Origin: Azolla caroliniana
Taxonomy: Eukaryota > Plantae > Polypodiophyta
Length of the DNA stretch: 64,000 nt
NCBI GenBank assembly: GCA_043228905.1
Contig: JBHGNT010000002.1
Coordinates: 2,976,001 to 3,040,000, forward strand
Reading direction: 5' to 3'
The notes beneath the pieces were generated by a model. The model ran no database searches. It was given only the letters and a program-made list of their open reading frames with translations, and had not been told where the DNA came from. Positions within the stretch are counted from its first letter, which is position 1; every line of letters begins with the position of its first letter. Positions 39,481 to 51,800 of this stretch are shown piece by piece. The position numbers and the translations under genes are program-made.

Positions 39481-39654
39481 CATTAAAAATTAAAAATTAA
39501 AACTTTGACCTATGTTGAAAACAGAAATCGAACCATGAAACGCCAGTTTTTACGGTTTAGTGGTTTAACGATTTGAAAAATATTTAACGGTTCAGTTTAA
39601 TGGTTTTGTGGTTCGGTTCGGTTTGGTCCAGGTTTCACAAAATTTAAACAGTTC
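39481..39654. mobile_element. Short AT-rich insertion with CGGTT/AACCG motifs (MITE or transposon-end-like) in LINE ORF1
   Basis: Abrupt composition change and repeated GGTTCGGTT motifs. No TIR pair or TSD found. Confidence 0.4.
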
Positions 39655-40487
39655 AGCTTGGACCCTCTCGATTCTTGTTGGAAGTCCATGGAGGGAAGGC
39701 ACTAAAATGAGCAACTTGGGCACCTCCATGATTGCATCTACCATAAACATTTTTCGAGGGCAAATTGTCCCTATCTATTCACCAATAAAAGGGAGCAGAT
39801 CGCACAAGTGGGGAGGGAGGTCAGGAAATGTTGCAGTGATCAACCTAGGGTTGTTAAGTTTTCGTCACTCTTCAATTGGATTGAATCCTGGTGACCATGT
39901 CTGGAGCAACACCTTGCCATACTTCAATTCAAGCCTCTCTAAGCTCTACCAATGGTTGCGTTGTCGCGCCACCACCCAATTCAATGTGGAAGAAAATTTT
40001 CCCTAAACCCCTGACGTTCTTGATCGAAGCCATGTTTTCCATCATAGCCACTTGGAGCATGTCCCAAACCATGCCACAACTTGGTCTACCTGCAAGAAAC
40101 CTACATACAAAGGAAGTACAACGTAGGCATTTGATTTCCTCCGCTAAGAGTCGGTTGGCCTCTGGGGACAAGGTGATGTCTAGATCTGTTCCTCCTTCTC
40201 GTTGTAGCAAACTGGGTTTTGTTGGAAGTTCGGAACCTCCCACCATAGCAAACGATGGGTTTGCTCTTGCTCCTCACCATGCTCCTGTGTCTTCAGGGAT
40301 TTAACATGTATTGATGTGTGTGGTTTCCATATTTAATGAATAACATGGTTTGTGATGTGGCGGGTCCAAAGGGAGAGTAAGGAGGAGAAAGGGAAAATGG
40401 AATTGTTCACCTTATGTTAAAAAACGTTTTCTCATTGTAATCAAACACTATAGTCCTTAACCTATGATTTTGTTGTACAAAAGACTA

Positions 40488-40513
40488 TTAGGGTTTAGGG
40501 TTTAGGGTTTAGG
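40488..40513 (+). repeat. Interstitial plant telomeric repeat (TTTAGGG, about 3.7 copies)
   Basis: TTAGGG TTTAGGG TTTAGGG TTTAGG followed by CCCA. Confidence 0.85.
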
Positions 40514-40977
40514 CCCATCACACAAATGCCCTTGAATCTAGGAGAATCCTTGGGACCCATGAGTGCTCAAAGCACGGGAGCCCATTCATTACATGAATGG
40601 AATTGCAAAAAAAAATCCCCAAAGGTGATTCCATGATAAGGAATCCGCAAAAAGATTCCACAAAGGCTTTCCACGAGATGAATTCCCCAAAGGAATTCCA
40701 TGAAGGGAATCCATTAGAGGATTCTATGAGGGGAAATCATTTCCATGAGGGGAATCCCACGAGGGCCAGGCCCATGAAAGGGTAGGAAAAGCACGAAAGC
40801 TTTTAGGTGAAGTCATTGGAAATACCTCTCCAACGACATCACACAACCCCCATGGTGTCACTAAAGATATGCACATGTGTGTGAAATATGAGCAAGCTCA
40901 CATCGTCCGCATATAACAAAAGCATAACGACTACATTCTCAATGGCAAATTCTTTAATACCCTCGTCCTTCACGAAT

Positions 40978-41145
40978 TTGGCAATAAATTGTAATTCAAC
41001 AATGTATAGACCAAATAAAGTTGGTAAGAGTGTACATCCTTGCTAAAACACTAGTTATGATTTTGGCAATAAATTGTTCTAATTCATCAATGTATAGACC
41101 AAATAAAGTTGGTAAGAGTGTGCCTCCTTACTAAAACACTAGTAG
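40978..41145. repeat. About 85-bp tandem duplication
   Basis: TGGCAATAAATTGT...CAATGTATAGACCAAATAAAGTTGGTAAGAGTGT...CTAAAACACTAGT occurs twice. Confidence 0.85.
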
Positions 41146-41636
41146 TGCTCTTGAAAAAATCTGAAAGTTATCACCCATATGCACACAACATATAACATTC
41201 TCATCATAGATATCGTTTGGCACTCCAAGTTCTTCCATGTGCCTCCAAAGATCTCCATGCGATATCAAAAGCTTTCTTGAAGTTTACGAATCAACAATAT
41301 AAACTCTCACTCAAGTGATTTTCAAGTATTGCAAAAGACACATATGTACATTAACATTATGAATACACAATGAACCAACCGGCCTTATAAAGGAGGAGAG
41401 GGGTGCTTCATGTTAGAGTTACCTTCTCGCTAGGTGTCGTACGAGAAGGTAACGAGACATAGGATATCCTTTGTCTCCTTAATCATGTACGACCCTATGA
41501 CAATAATAGTTATTCTTTACAACAAGGAAATAATAACTCATGTGACCAGAAAGAGGTGAACATTAATGCAAAGATGGGCGCACCCATTGCAACCCTAATT
41601 CACACGCTGGACATACTCGAGTTTCATTCCAAATAA

Positions 41637-41638
<2 letters not shown>

Positions 41639-41698
<60 letters not shown>
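41639..41698. repeat. Compound (CT)n(CA)n microsatellite
   Basis: Direct reading. Confidence 0.95.
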
Positions 41699-41700
<2 letters not shown>

Positions 41701-42256
41701 GTGGTGGACCATTGCAGCGGTGCAGGTGGTGAGCAGTCATCCCGAGATGATAGTGTCGTTTATGCTCTTGCTCATAGTTGCAACAACATTTGAAACGGGG
41801 TGTGGCGACCGTGCCGATCGTCCATCACGGGTAAGTATTGGCCCTGGGATCGGCCGGGTGATTGAAGTCCCTGTGACTGGCGCGATCAAGAATGGTTTCA
41901 AATCGTCCATGAGGAGGGGGGCTAATTGGTCAGCAATGGGACCGAATCGAACGAACCATCTTCAATGTGGCTCCCTTCCCAGGGATGTAAGGATGGATGG
42001 GCGGGCAGCCGCCCATTTCCGTAAGAGAATCGGCTGGCCGGGCAGCCGCCCAATTCCGTAATACCGCAGAGCCTCTTCTAATTTTGCACGTACATATGTT
42101 TGTTCTAATTTTGTGGATTTGTTCTGATTTTGATGAACACTTTATGTACTTTTGCTAAGAAATAGAAGAAACAGAAGAAACAGAAGAAGAAGAAGAAGAA
42201 GAAGAAGAAGAAGAGTGGAAGCAGGGGATCGGATCCCCTGCCTCTTGGCCATCGTC

Positions 42257-45200
42257 ATGGAAGCTTCGGAGCAGACCTATCCATCCCTCCTCCTCTGCTC
42301 CGCCACCATCGCCGCCGTCTCCATCGCTTCCATCCTCCTCATCGCCTTCAAGGAGCGCAGGTCCACCTCTGATGATGATCATGATCATGATGATGATTCG
42401 CAGCTGCTCTGGAAACCTCGCCGCCCTCCCCTCTTCCACCCTTACTTCATCCTCGCCTTCCGATCCATTGTCTTCATCTACTGCTCTGCGATCCTCATCG
42501 CAGATGTATCCGCATATGGATTCGATGTCTTCTACTTCTACACACAGTAAGTACTTCTCCCTCCCTCTCTCCATATTCCCCACACTGGATTTTTAGCATA
42601 TATCTCTGTTATTCTGATATCTGTGGATCAAATTAGGGTTTTAATAGTTTCAAGCCAAACAATATTCATCTTTCTCGCGCTCTGTGATTACTATTGTTTA
42701 CCATATATATCTGTTATTCTGATATCTGTGGATCAAATTAGGGTTTTAATAGGTTCAACACAAACAATATTCATCTTTCTCGCACTCCATGTTTACTATT
42801 GTTTAGCATATATCTCTGTTATTTTGATATCTGTGGATCAAATTAGGGTTTTAATAGTTTCAAGCCAAACAATATTCATCTTTCTCACGCTCTGTGTTTA
42901 CTAATGTTTAGCATATATCTCTGTTATTCTGATATCTGTGGATCAAATTAGGGTTTTAATAGGTTCAACACAAACAATATTCATCTTTCTCGTGCTCTGT
43001 GTTGACTAATTTCGGGAATAAATTTAGGGCTTGACCTTATCGTTTTGTCAGTCGCTACACACAAAAAGTACCTCATTCCCCTTCTCTACTTTCTGCGTAT
43101 TAAACAATGGATGAAGTTGAGGGTTTGAACATCAAATTTTTTAACAGTCTCTACACGCAGTGCGTGTACATCTTTCTCTAATCTAAAGGGATTTTGAAAG
43201 CTTTCTCTGCGTATTAGTTGCTGAAATTAGGGTTTTGACCTTCCACATTTTTTTACCAGTGCTTACATTTGCTTCTGTTGTTTCTGCATATTTGCAGGTG
43301 GTCTTTCCTGCTCCTCATCATCTACTTTGGGGTTATAATCTTACTCCCTTCTTCACTTCCTTTCGTTTGTAGTTCTAGGGTTTAAGAATGAGGTGCGTAA
43401 AGATTGGATATGGTAGCTGTTGGTAGCTTCAGAAATAAAAGCATTCAGTTCTCGTTCCTTATTCCATTTCTCAGTTTCTAGGACTAGCAATGAATTGCAG
43501 CAAGAGCTGACAGGAAGGCTCATTAATAGCTTTGAAAAGAGGATTTTTTGTGTTCAATTCTCAGTTTTCTAGGCCTTAGAATGAGTTCGAAAATGAGTAT
43601 TGGAAGGGACATGGAAGTAGTAGCTTCCTTTGACATCAATGCCACTGCCAGGATAAATACTCTGTTTTTGTTTGTCATTTGCTCCAGCTTAAAATAGAGT
43701 TGCAGATTGTTTTGGACAGGACATTATAGAGTAGCTTCACAAGGAAAAGCTTTTGTCATTTTTCTCTTGTTTCTTGTTCCATTCTCTGTTGAGAAGGATT
43801 GGGCATATGGAAACACTGTATGTTAGTAGCTTTTCATTCAGTCAATCTACGCAGAGTGAATCGGTCCCTAAGGAACCCCGAAAGGGCAACGCCCGATGGG
43901 TACACGAAAGCGACGAAGTTGCTTTGACTACTGAACCATGCGTGTTTGTTAAACTCGTGAATTGGATGATTGGGCAGGGGGCTACAAGGTTACCCCTGCT
44001 TTACCCAGGGTTTCAACTTTGGACTCTTTATTCCTTCAGGGTTTAAGAATGAGTGGACATGGGAGGTTGTAGTAGCATCCCAAAGAAGCTTTGGGACATT
44101 TTTCCTTGTTTGGTTCCTTGTTTTAGGTTTGGATATGGCGGGAGAAGCTTGGCTTTTCCATCTTTCCTCTTCTGTTTGGTATTGCATTCTCAGTTCTTGG
44201 GGTTGCAATGATGTTGTGGATATGGGATATTTACAAGATTGGATATGGTGTTACATTCTTCCCCACTATATAATCGGTTGTGATACCCTTAATATGTTCA
44301 GTTGTTTGTAAGCCTGTTTATTCATAGTTCGAGGTTTAAAGAATGAGTTTTGCAGAAAGATTGGAGATGGCTTAAATGCGGTAGCTTTTTATATAGGTTG
44401 GATATGTGGGAGCTACCTTTTGTCATTCTTGCCCTTGTTCCATTAAATCCTTTAGTTCTAGGGTTAAAGAATTAAGTTTTACAGAAAGATTAAATATGGC
44501 TTCAGAAGGAAAACCTCGTTGAAACATTCTACCTTGGTTATGCACTTTGTTGTTGCATCCTTCAATAAAAGGATATGAGTGTATTGGGATTTTGTTTTCC
44601 CTTGTACGAAGTGCGAGTTGCTGAGGCTTTCCTTTTATCTGTCTCTCTCTGTCTGTGTTTTCTTATTTTAAATTCATAGCTTGCAACCATATCTTCTGCA
44701 CACGGAGTCTCAAGGGGCAGATTATCATCCATTAACGCTGTACCTGGAAGCATTGAAGGATTTCTGAAAGATTTCTACAAGCATGGTGGCAATGTCAATG
44801 TTGAGAACAAGGATGATGCCGTTGCCACATTGCAGATGTATTGGGAGACTGTATTTGTTGACTCCGAAGATCAAGCATCCTTCTTTTTCAAATTCCTCTT
44901 GCAGATCATTTTTCAGGTTTCCTTTAGCTTCTATGAAAAAATTCCAATAAAATCACTCATTTCTATTATTTTTGTAATGATTTCAATCTAGTTTTTAGAA
45001 GTTACTCATTGTATCTCTCCTTTTCTGTGTCTCTATCTTTCCATTCCTTCTTATAGACACTTGGAGGGGCTGTTGTACTCACCGACATTGTCTATTGGTT
45101 GGGAATATTTCCTCTTTTGAAAGACATCCCTAGGAGCTATGATTTTGTAAGCATGTTTTGAAATTTAGTATGATATCATTCATGAGAAAATCAAGTTTTT

Positions 45201-46491
45201 TTTGTTTCCATATGTTAACTTATGCAATTCATTGTATATGTGTATATATCTATCTATATATTTATATATACACATCTATGTATATACAGCTTGAGATAAA
45301 TCTCCATGGGATGAACGTTGTATTTTTTCTTGCCGATGCCCTGTTGAATCGAATGGTAATGGCATGTAAATACTTTATTAATGCTTGGTTTTTCTTATAA
45401 GATTTCGCTCTCTACATAATAAAGATTTCTTTACTCCACTATGTGCAGGAATTCCCATGGTTCAGAGGAGCTTATTTCGCATTGTACAGCTGCATTTATG
45501 TTCTCTTCCAATGGTCTGTGCATGCTCTGGGGATAATTCAATGGTAAGCTCTTCATGGTTTTTGAATTCATGGTTTCTATACCTGTTTGAACGGCATCCG
45601 TCAAACCTGTCTCTTCTTGAGAATTAGTGATACGATTGTGATAGAAATCCTCATCGGAGAAACCCAAAACATCCGTTGTGGTCGTGTCTTCATCCATGGG
45701 AATCCAAGTGTCGCGATCAATTAGAAGTTCAATTCTTTCGATGCTATTCATTCAAAGATGATAGCCGCACTGATCACAAATACTCTTATTCTGTTTAAGA
45801 AATTTCACATGAAGAGTATTCTCACAATTGTCACACCGAGCCCATAATCCCTTATGAGTATTGATATTAATTTTTTTCTCCTTGTCTTTTCCATTTTCAC
45901 TCGAATCCTCCAAAATGTCTTCTGGAAAAGCTCTGATGATCAACCCACCGAATTTGCGTCCATCTTCAAACTAATCTGTTAGAGACATAAATTATATATA
46001 TATATATATATATACATACATACATACACACACAGGCACATGCACACCCAGACACAGCTTATGCTTTCTTTAATACTTTTGAGTAATGAGTTTAGATGAC
46101 CTTTATACATATAGAGAGTCCATGTTCTAATTATTAATCTTTGATTAGCGAGTTGGTTTCTATATGTATATCTATATTATAGCATGTGGGTCTTGTTTCT
46201 TGGTGTCTTGATTCAGGTGGCCATATCCATTTCTTGATCCGACTGAAAGATATGCACCCCTTTGGTGAGTGAAGCTTTTCAAAATGACAATTAAGTTTTG
46301 GAGAAATCAAAATGTTTGTTTCTGTTTAAGTTTTGAACTTAACAAAAATTAAAGCAAGATCCTCAAATAAAAAGTTAATTGCTTTTCCATACAGCTATTT
46401 AATATTGGCTGTTGCTCACCTCCTATGCTATGGACTCATCTGTGGTATTCGTAGTGTGGGTCGCCGGATTCTCAATTGCTTTTCATCATGA
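42257..46491 (+). CDS. Multi-pass membrane protein of the plant 'rolling stone'-like (FAR-17a/AIG1-related) family, 318 aa
   Basis: Eight GT-AG exons: 42257-42546, 43298-43331, 44680-44916, 45057-45146, 45290-45355, 45449-45543, 46217-46264, 46395-46491 (957 nt, open). Motifs [42 protein letters not shown]. Confidence 0.9.
42593..43010. repeat. Intron-1 tandem repeat, 4 x 105 bp (ABAB), each copy with TAGGGTTT
   Basis: ATATCTGTGGATCAAATTAGGGTTTT at 42617, 42722, 42827, 42932. Confidence 0.92.
43836..44010 (+). pseudogene. rrn26: NUMT: fragment of plant mitochondrial 26S rRNA in intron 2
   Basis: CAGTCAATCTACGCAGAGTGAATCGGTCCCTAAGGAACCCCGAAAGGG...GATGGGTACACGAAAG.GACGAAGTTGCTTTGACTACTGAACCATGC recognised from memory as plant mitochondrial LSU rRNA. 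GC-richer than the flanks. Confidence 0.75.
45577..45990 (-). pseudogene. accD: NUPT: 5' part of plastid accD in intron 6
   Basis: [16 protein letters not shown]...[12 protein letters not shown]...[27 protein letters not shown]...[10 protein letters not shown] (C4 zinc finger). Truncated, with two stops. Confidence 0.95.
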
Positions 46492-47039
46492 CTCATCACA
46501 AGCAGCATTCTTACCAAGCTTGGTTGCAAAGATCTGTATATTTTTGTTCCATACAAATATCCTTACATACACATACATGCATGTTCACACAATTGTGAAG
46601 GATAATTTGTATGACGTGTACAATATGTACAATAAGCCCAATTGAAGTATCTGACAACCTCAATCAAAGAAACACATATTAAGGGTTAGATGCATAATCC
46701 TGCAATGCATGCAAATATTTTCTAGTGGGAAAGGAAGCTGAATCTTCTGTTAATAATAAATAATTAATCTTAAGCTATTATTTTTTCACCAGTAAAGGCT
46801 TCACTGCATATCAATACAACAAGTCTCTTTAATATGTTAAGTTTCAATACATAATACAGTGCATTATAGCTGTATAGTACCCTGCAATAATTTATTACTC
46901 ATTCTTAAAGAATTCAGTGTCTATAACCAATATCTATGTATAAATTTATTGCATTTCTAGTAGTTTGCCTGCAAATAAATGACCTGAACCTACATATGCT
47001 CTATACCACTATGAGAAGATTGTAATGTATTTGAAGACT

Positions 47040-47925
47040 AGTGCAAGCCAAACTAATTGAAAAGTTTAGTACAACCATCTTTGACAAACTACATTCTCTT
47101 TATTTATTATGTGGTTGTCATTTGCCTTCCTTGCTGCAACACATTATCTAATCAAAATGTGGTTATATATAGGGTAATTTTAGCTCAACAATCTAATGAG
47201 TTTTAAATGCTTAAACACAATTCATTGCTTAATTTATTAGATGATTGTAATGTAAACGAACTAAACTAACTGAAAAGTTTTGAACAACCATCTTTGACAA
47301 ACTATTATGTGGTTGTCATTTGCCTTCCTCATTGCAAGCACAAATTATGTAATCAAAATGTGCTATATATAGTGTAGTTTTAGTAAACAATCTAATGCTT
47401 AATCACAATTCATTGTCAACTTTAGCTCAACAATCTAATGAGTTTTAAATGCTTAATCACAATTCTTTGTTTAATTTATTAGATAAATGTAATGTAATCG
47501 AACTAAACTAACCGAAAAGTTTTGAACAACCATCTTTGAGAAACTATTATGTGGTTGTCATTTGCCTTCCTCATTGCAATCATAAATTATCTAATAAAAT
47601 GTGTTATATATAGTGTAGTTTTAGTAAACAATCTAATGCTTAATCACAATTCATTGTCTAATTTATTAGATGTTTTATGATTGTTTTAAATGCTTAATCA
47701 CAATTCGTTGTCTAATTTATTAGATGTTTTATGTATTTTGAAGATATATTGTTAGAAATAGAATCCAAAATTACATGATACATTTCTTCAAAGATGAGCT
47801 CAATCCAACAATTCATCGTCAATGTTTTATGTATGTTGAAGATTTATTACTAGAAATAGAGTCCAAAATTACATGATACATTTCTTCAATGAGGAGTTCA
47901 ATCCAACAATTCATCATCAAGTTAT
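47040..47925. repeat. Intergenic tandem duplications (three units of about 210-245 bp, then about 60-bp and 100-bp duplications)
   Basis: GAAAAGTTT...ACAACCATCTTTGA anchors near 47059, 47272, 47514; TCCAAAATTACATGATACATTTCTTCAA occurs twice. Confidence 0.8.
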
Positions 47926-48895
47926 ATATTTGTTTGGCACTCATAAACATTCCAAATAACCCACTACTTGTTTGACCTAATCCACATGATGCTACTTTTT
48001 GCTAGAATGTCGATTTCAGATGGGACAATAACTAGCACATTGCTAGGATGCATGACATCCACAAGATTGTTTGAAGGTAACATATCCCTCCACTAGTTGC
48101 CTACAAGTTACAAATTTGATTACCGACACAATGAAGGTAACATATCCCTCCACTAGTGGAAGGCAAGTGGAGAATTACAAAGTAGCCTAATATTGTTGGT
48201 TTCCTTCCTCACAAATGAATCCCTAATAATCAAGCTTCAAACATATGTGAAAAGTGCAAACCTAGTTTCTATATATGATATATTCCAAAATGAATCAAAA
48301 CCTTAATCTTGTCTACATGCCATATGATCAATGATTAGAGTGAATTGAATTCAATCTAATTGATGCATATTCATTTCAACATCTATTATAAAAATGGAAA
48401 TGCAACAGCCAAATAAACTCTATTAAATTCTACATTTTCCTGTTAACTTGGTTTTTTTTACCTAATAATTAAACTTCCAACATAGTGCGAAATGACATTA
48501 ACAATATGACATGCAAGGATGAAGCTTTACACACATGTAAGTCATCGACACACTACGTTAAAAGTAAAAACCTAATTTTTATTTAAATGATATACTCTAT
48601 AATCAATCAAAACCTCCTTTCCATGTCTAATTGATGAATTACACTTCAATTATATCTTCATCCAAATGTATTAAAGTTAGCATTAGCTAAATCATACCAT
48701 TACAAAAGGCTATAAAATGAATTGTTATAATCTACAAGGTTTTATGTAATGCAAAATTGGTGGTGACTAAGGACATACATACACACAAACATCTCAGGGG
48801 ACAAAGATGTCTAGGCCTAATGACAATATGTTCGCCATCAATGCTTGGGAATCACAAAAGGTGAAGGTGAATTGGCATCTCATTATTTGTGCATA

Positions 48896-51800
48896 TCAAC
48901 AACAATCCTTGCAATCAAAGATTTTATTAACCACAAATACTTTATCCAAGTCTCGTATAAGTTCAATATCCAATATCTCCCCCATATCCTCATTTACAAC
49001 ATGGGTATACGTACAACCAAAATGTTGGGAAGCCCTGCATAGTAACTCAAGAATGGTATGTGGAACCTTTAAAACAACCCCGAATCCTCGTTCCTCTTTA
49101 CACTTCCAAGGAAAGCATGCAAACACTGTACACCTTCTCTCACCTCCAGAATCTAGAAGATCTGACCGATTTACAGATTTCTTTTCTAAGGCCTCGTCAT
49201 CGCGTGTCTCACTTTCTCCCTTGTCATCAGAACCATCTAGTAACAAAAGGCCTCCATCATCTAAGACAATATCAACAAAAAGTTACAATTCCTTTTTTAT
49301 GTTTTTTTTATTGATTATAGAATTATTTGCTAAATGAGAAGTGCTTGAACCTGTTGATGCCGCATTACCAATGATAAGATCTCCTTTGATTTCAATGCCA
49401 CTATTGTTGTCAGTGTTTCTTGACAGATCCTTGAGAAAATATTGATCAAATGCTCTACTTCCATTAACAGGTTTCATTCCCCATCTGTCAATCATAAATT
49501 CCCAAAATAAGAACATTCAAAAATGTTTTTGAGCAATGTGCAGATAAATAACATAACATATACATTTTTATTAAAACGAAAGTTTATACAAACATACATA
49601 CATACACACACACACATATGTATATATGTATATACACACACACATGTATATATATCTGCATGTGTGTGATTAATGGATATGATGAGCTGATATCATATTG
49701 ATCACATGTAAAGCCAAATTGATTACAAACCTGTCCTTTAAATGGGTATCTGCTCCATGTTCTATTAGCGTCTTTGCCATTGCTATCATTCCTTGTGAAA
49801 CTGCAATATGCAATGGTGTGCGACCATCACGATCGGTAGAATTAGGATTGGCACCATTTTGCAATAGATTTGTTACAAACTCTAATTTTCCATTCCATAC
49901 ACCATTCCTTAAATTATCTCCGGTATTTGGCTCAGTGAAAATCGCTCCTCCCTCTTGTAAGATTTTTACAATACGGGTATGAGAACCCTTTATTGCCTCT
50001 ATCAACGGTGTATTGCCAAATTTGTCTGTACTTGAAAAGAATATACATTTACCACACAAAATAATCATAAAATCAGATGAAGAGAGATTTCATTATGACT
50101 ATATAATGAAGGGTTATTTAGCTTATTTGAGAGAGGATTTCAAAGCTATGTAGGGTTCTTTAAACTTTTTTACCTTCGGCATTAACATCTGCACCTTCAC
50201 GCACCAAGAAATTTACAATATCTTCATGACCTTCAGATGCTGCCAAATGCTGGTATGACGAGAAAGCATTGCAAAAATTAATGAATCTATATATAAAATA
50301 AGTGCATGCATATATACACGTTCATATGTAGGTTTGTGTATGTTTCTAAGTGTATACATATTCCTCCTTGTTGATATATGCCTGCAAAGTGTTTCTTTTA
50401 CTTGTGCAAAATGAACATTGTTTCCACCATAATACTTTTGTAAGTTTTTCAAAATTGTACTATAATTACTTTACCAGTGGAGTCCTTCCATCATAATCAG
50501 GTCGGTTTGGATCAGCTCCAGATTTAATCAAGCTCTTGAGATGAGATGAATTTCCATGGTAAGCCGCATTATTGACCTTCAATGACAGCTCCACCTCTCT
50601 CTCAGCAATCAAAAATGCTATATTGGTTTCATGGTGTTGATTTCTACTCTCTGACTTGAACTATACAAGGAACCCATCATAAAGCTCGTAATATTTTTGA
50701 AAGATAAAACCACATAAATTCACAATTCAATTGTGTGTTCATGTGTGGATAAAAATACTCATATACACACACACACATTTGCTTTTACAATATATAACAT
50801 AATACACAAACACATACACATTTGTTTTTTTGTAATACATTATATTACTGGTGGGAAATTGCAATGCCAGGTGAAAAAAGACTACCATTTGATAAGAACA
50901 AGAGAACAACAGCTCTGTCTTTAGACTAGAAACTTCAAAGAAGAGAGTTTATGTTTTTTGATCATATACATAACGTGGATGCACACATGTAGCAATTTGT
51001 TGAACACATTGGCCAGTTCATTTGGACGTTGAGCCCATCATCCTTGTCATCAAAAAATAAAGACATTCATCACTCGACTGCCAAGGTGTTTTCTTTGATT
51101 CAGTAACCTGTGCATCTTATTTCACCCCATGTTACCAATAATTTGAAAGTATTAAGTTTCAGTCCATCAAGTTCAGAATGTAACTCTCATTAGTCTCATG
51201 GGCCACTTTGGCCTCTTAAACGAGACATTTTTCTTTATTTATTTTCTTTGGTTATTTTCTTTACTCAGTCCATCAAGTTCAGAAACCTCATCCCAAGTCT
51301 TTGAACAAAATTCATCGTATTATTTCACAATGTTCTGTCTACATGTTATAGATAACTCTAAAGGCAGAAGTCCATCAAGTTCAGAATGTAATCTCTCATT
51401 TGTCTTGTAGCCATTTCGGCCTCTTAAAAGACGTTCATATATCTTTCTTTTTTATAAGAGGAAATAGTTTTAAAAGTTCAGTATCCTGGGACACTCTTTG
51501 AACATTTTCATGGTATTATTCCACAATGTTCCATCAATATGAGCTTGACAAAAAGCTGGGAAAAAGTGTTGAATGTTGAAACATATCAAATGGAGAGGGA
51601 GAAATGGTAATCAAGGAAACTGGAAATTTCAAGTGCCACAAACTGCAACAACAAAAAGTAAATTTCAAAATGCATATGTACTATCAAGGTTTTGATCAAA
51701 ATTGATGGTAGTATTTTAACATTCCCAGAAGACATGCATGCGCCCTGAATTGACAGGATTCATGATGCTGTTTGAAACATGGAAAAAACTTTGCTTTGGT

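Larger units (their letters stand above)
23540..40300 (-). mobile_element. Full-length decayed L1-type LINE acting as host of nested insertions (pieces 23540-25902, 31785-32205, 37603-39480, 39655-40300)
   Basis: ORF1 (39929-40246) and CFLCKQNGHLAKEC knuckle (39218-39454); endonuclease remnants 38550-39150; RT LMLDFEKAYDRV...VRQGCPLAPYLF (31774-32085); zf-RVT (24116-24454). Frame PYLFLFVTEAFSTYL is restored across the LTR nest. Confidence 0.88.

Noticed and set aside
42152-42256. Poly-Arg N-terminal extension in ORF 42152-42550 and its antisense poly-Ser ORF
   Set aside because: Artefact of a (GAA)n 5' UTR microsatellite with a TTG start; the ATG at 42257 fits the family.
45431-45943. accD as a functional nuclear gene
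   Set aside because: Truncated, two in-frame stops, no transit peptide, and intronic antisense location.
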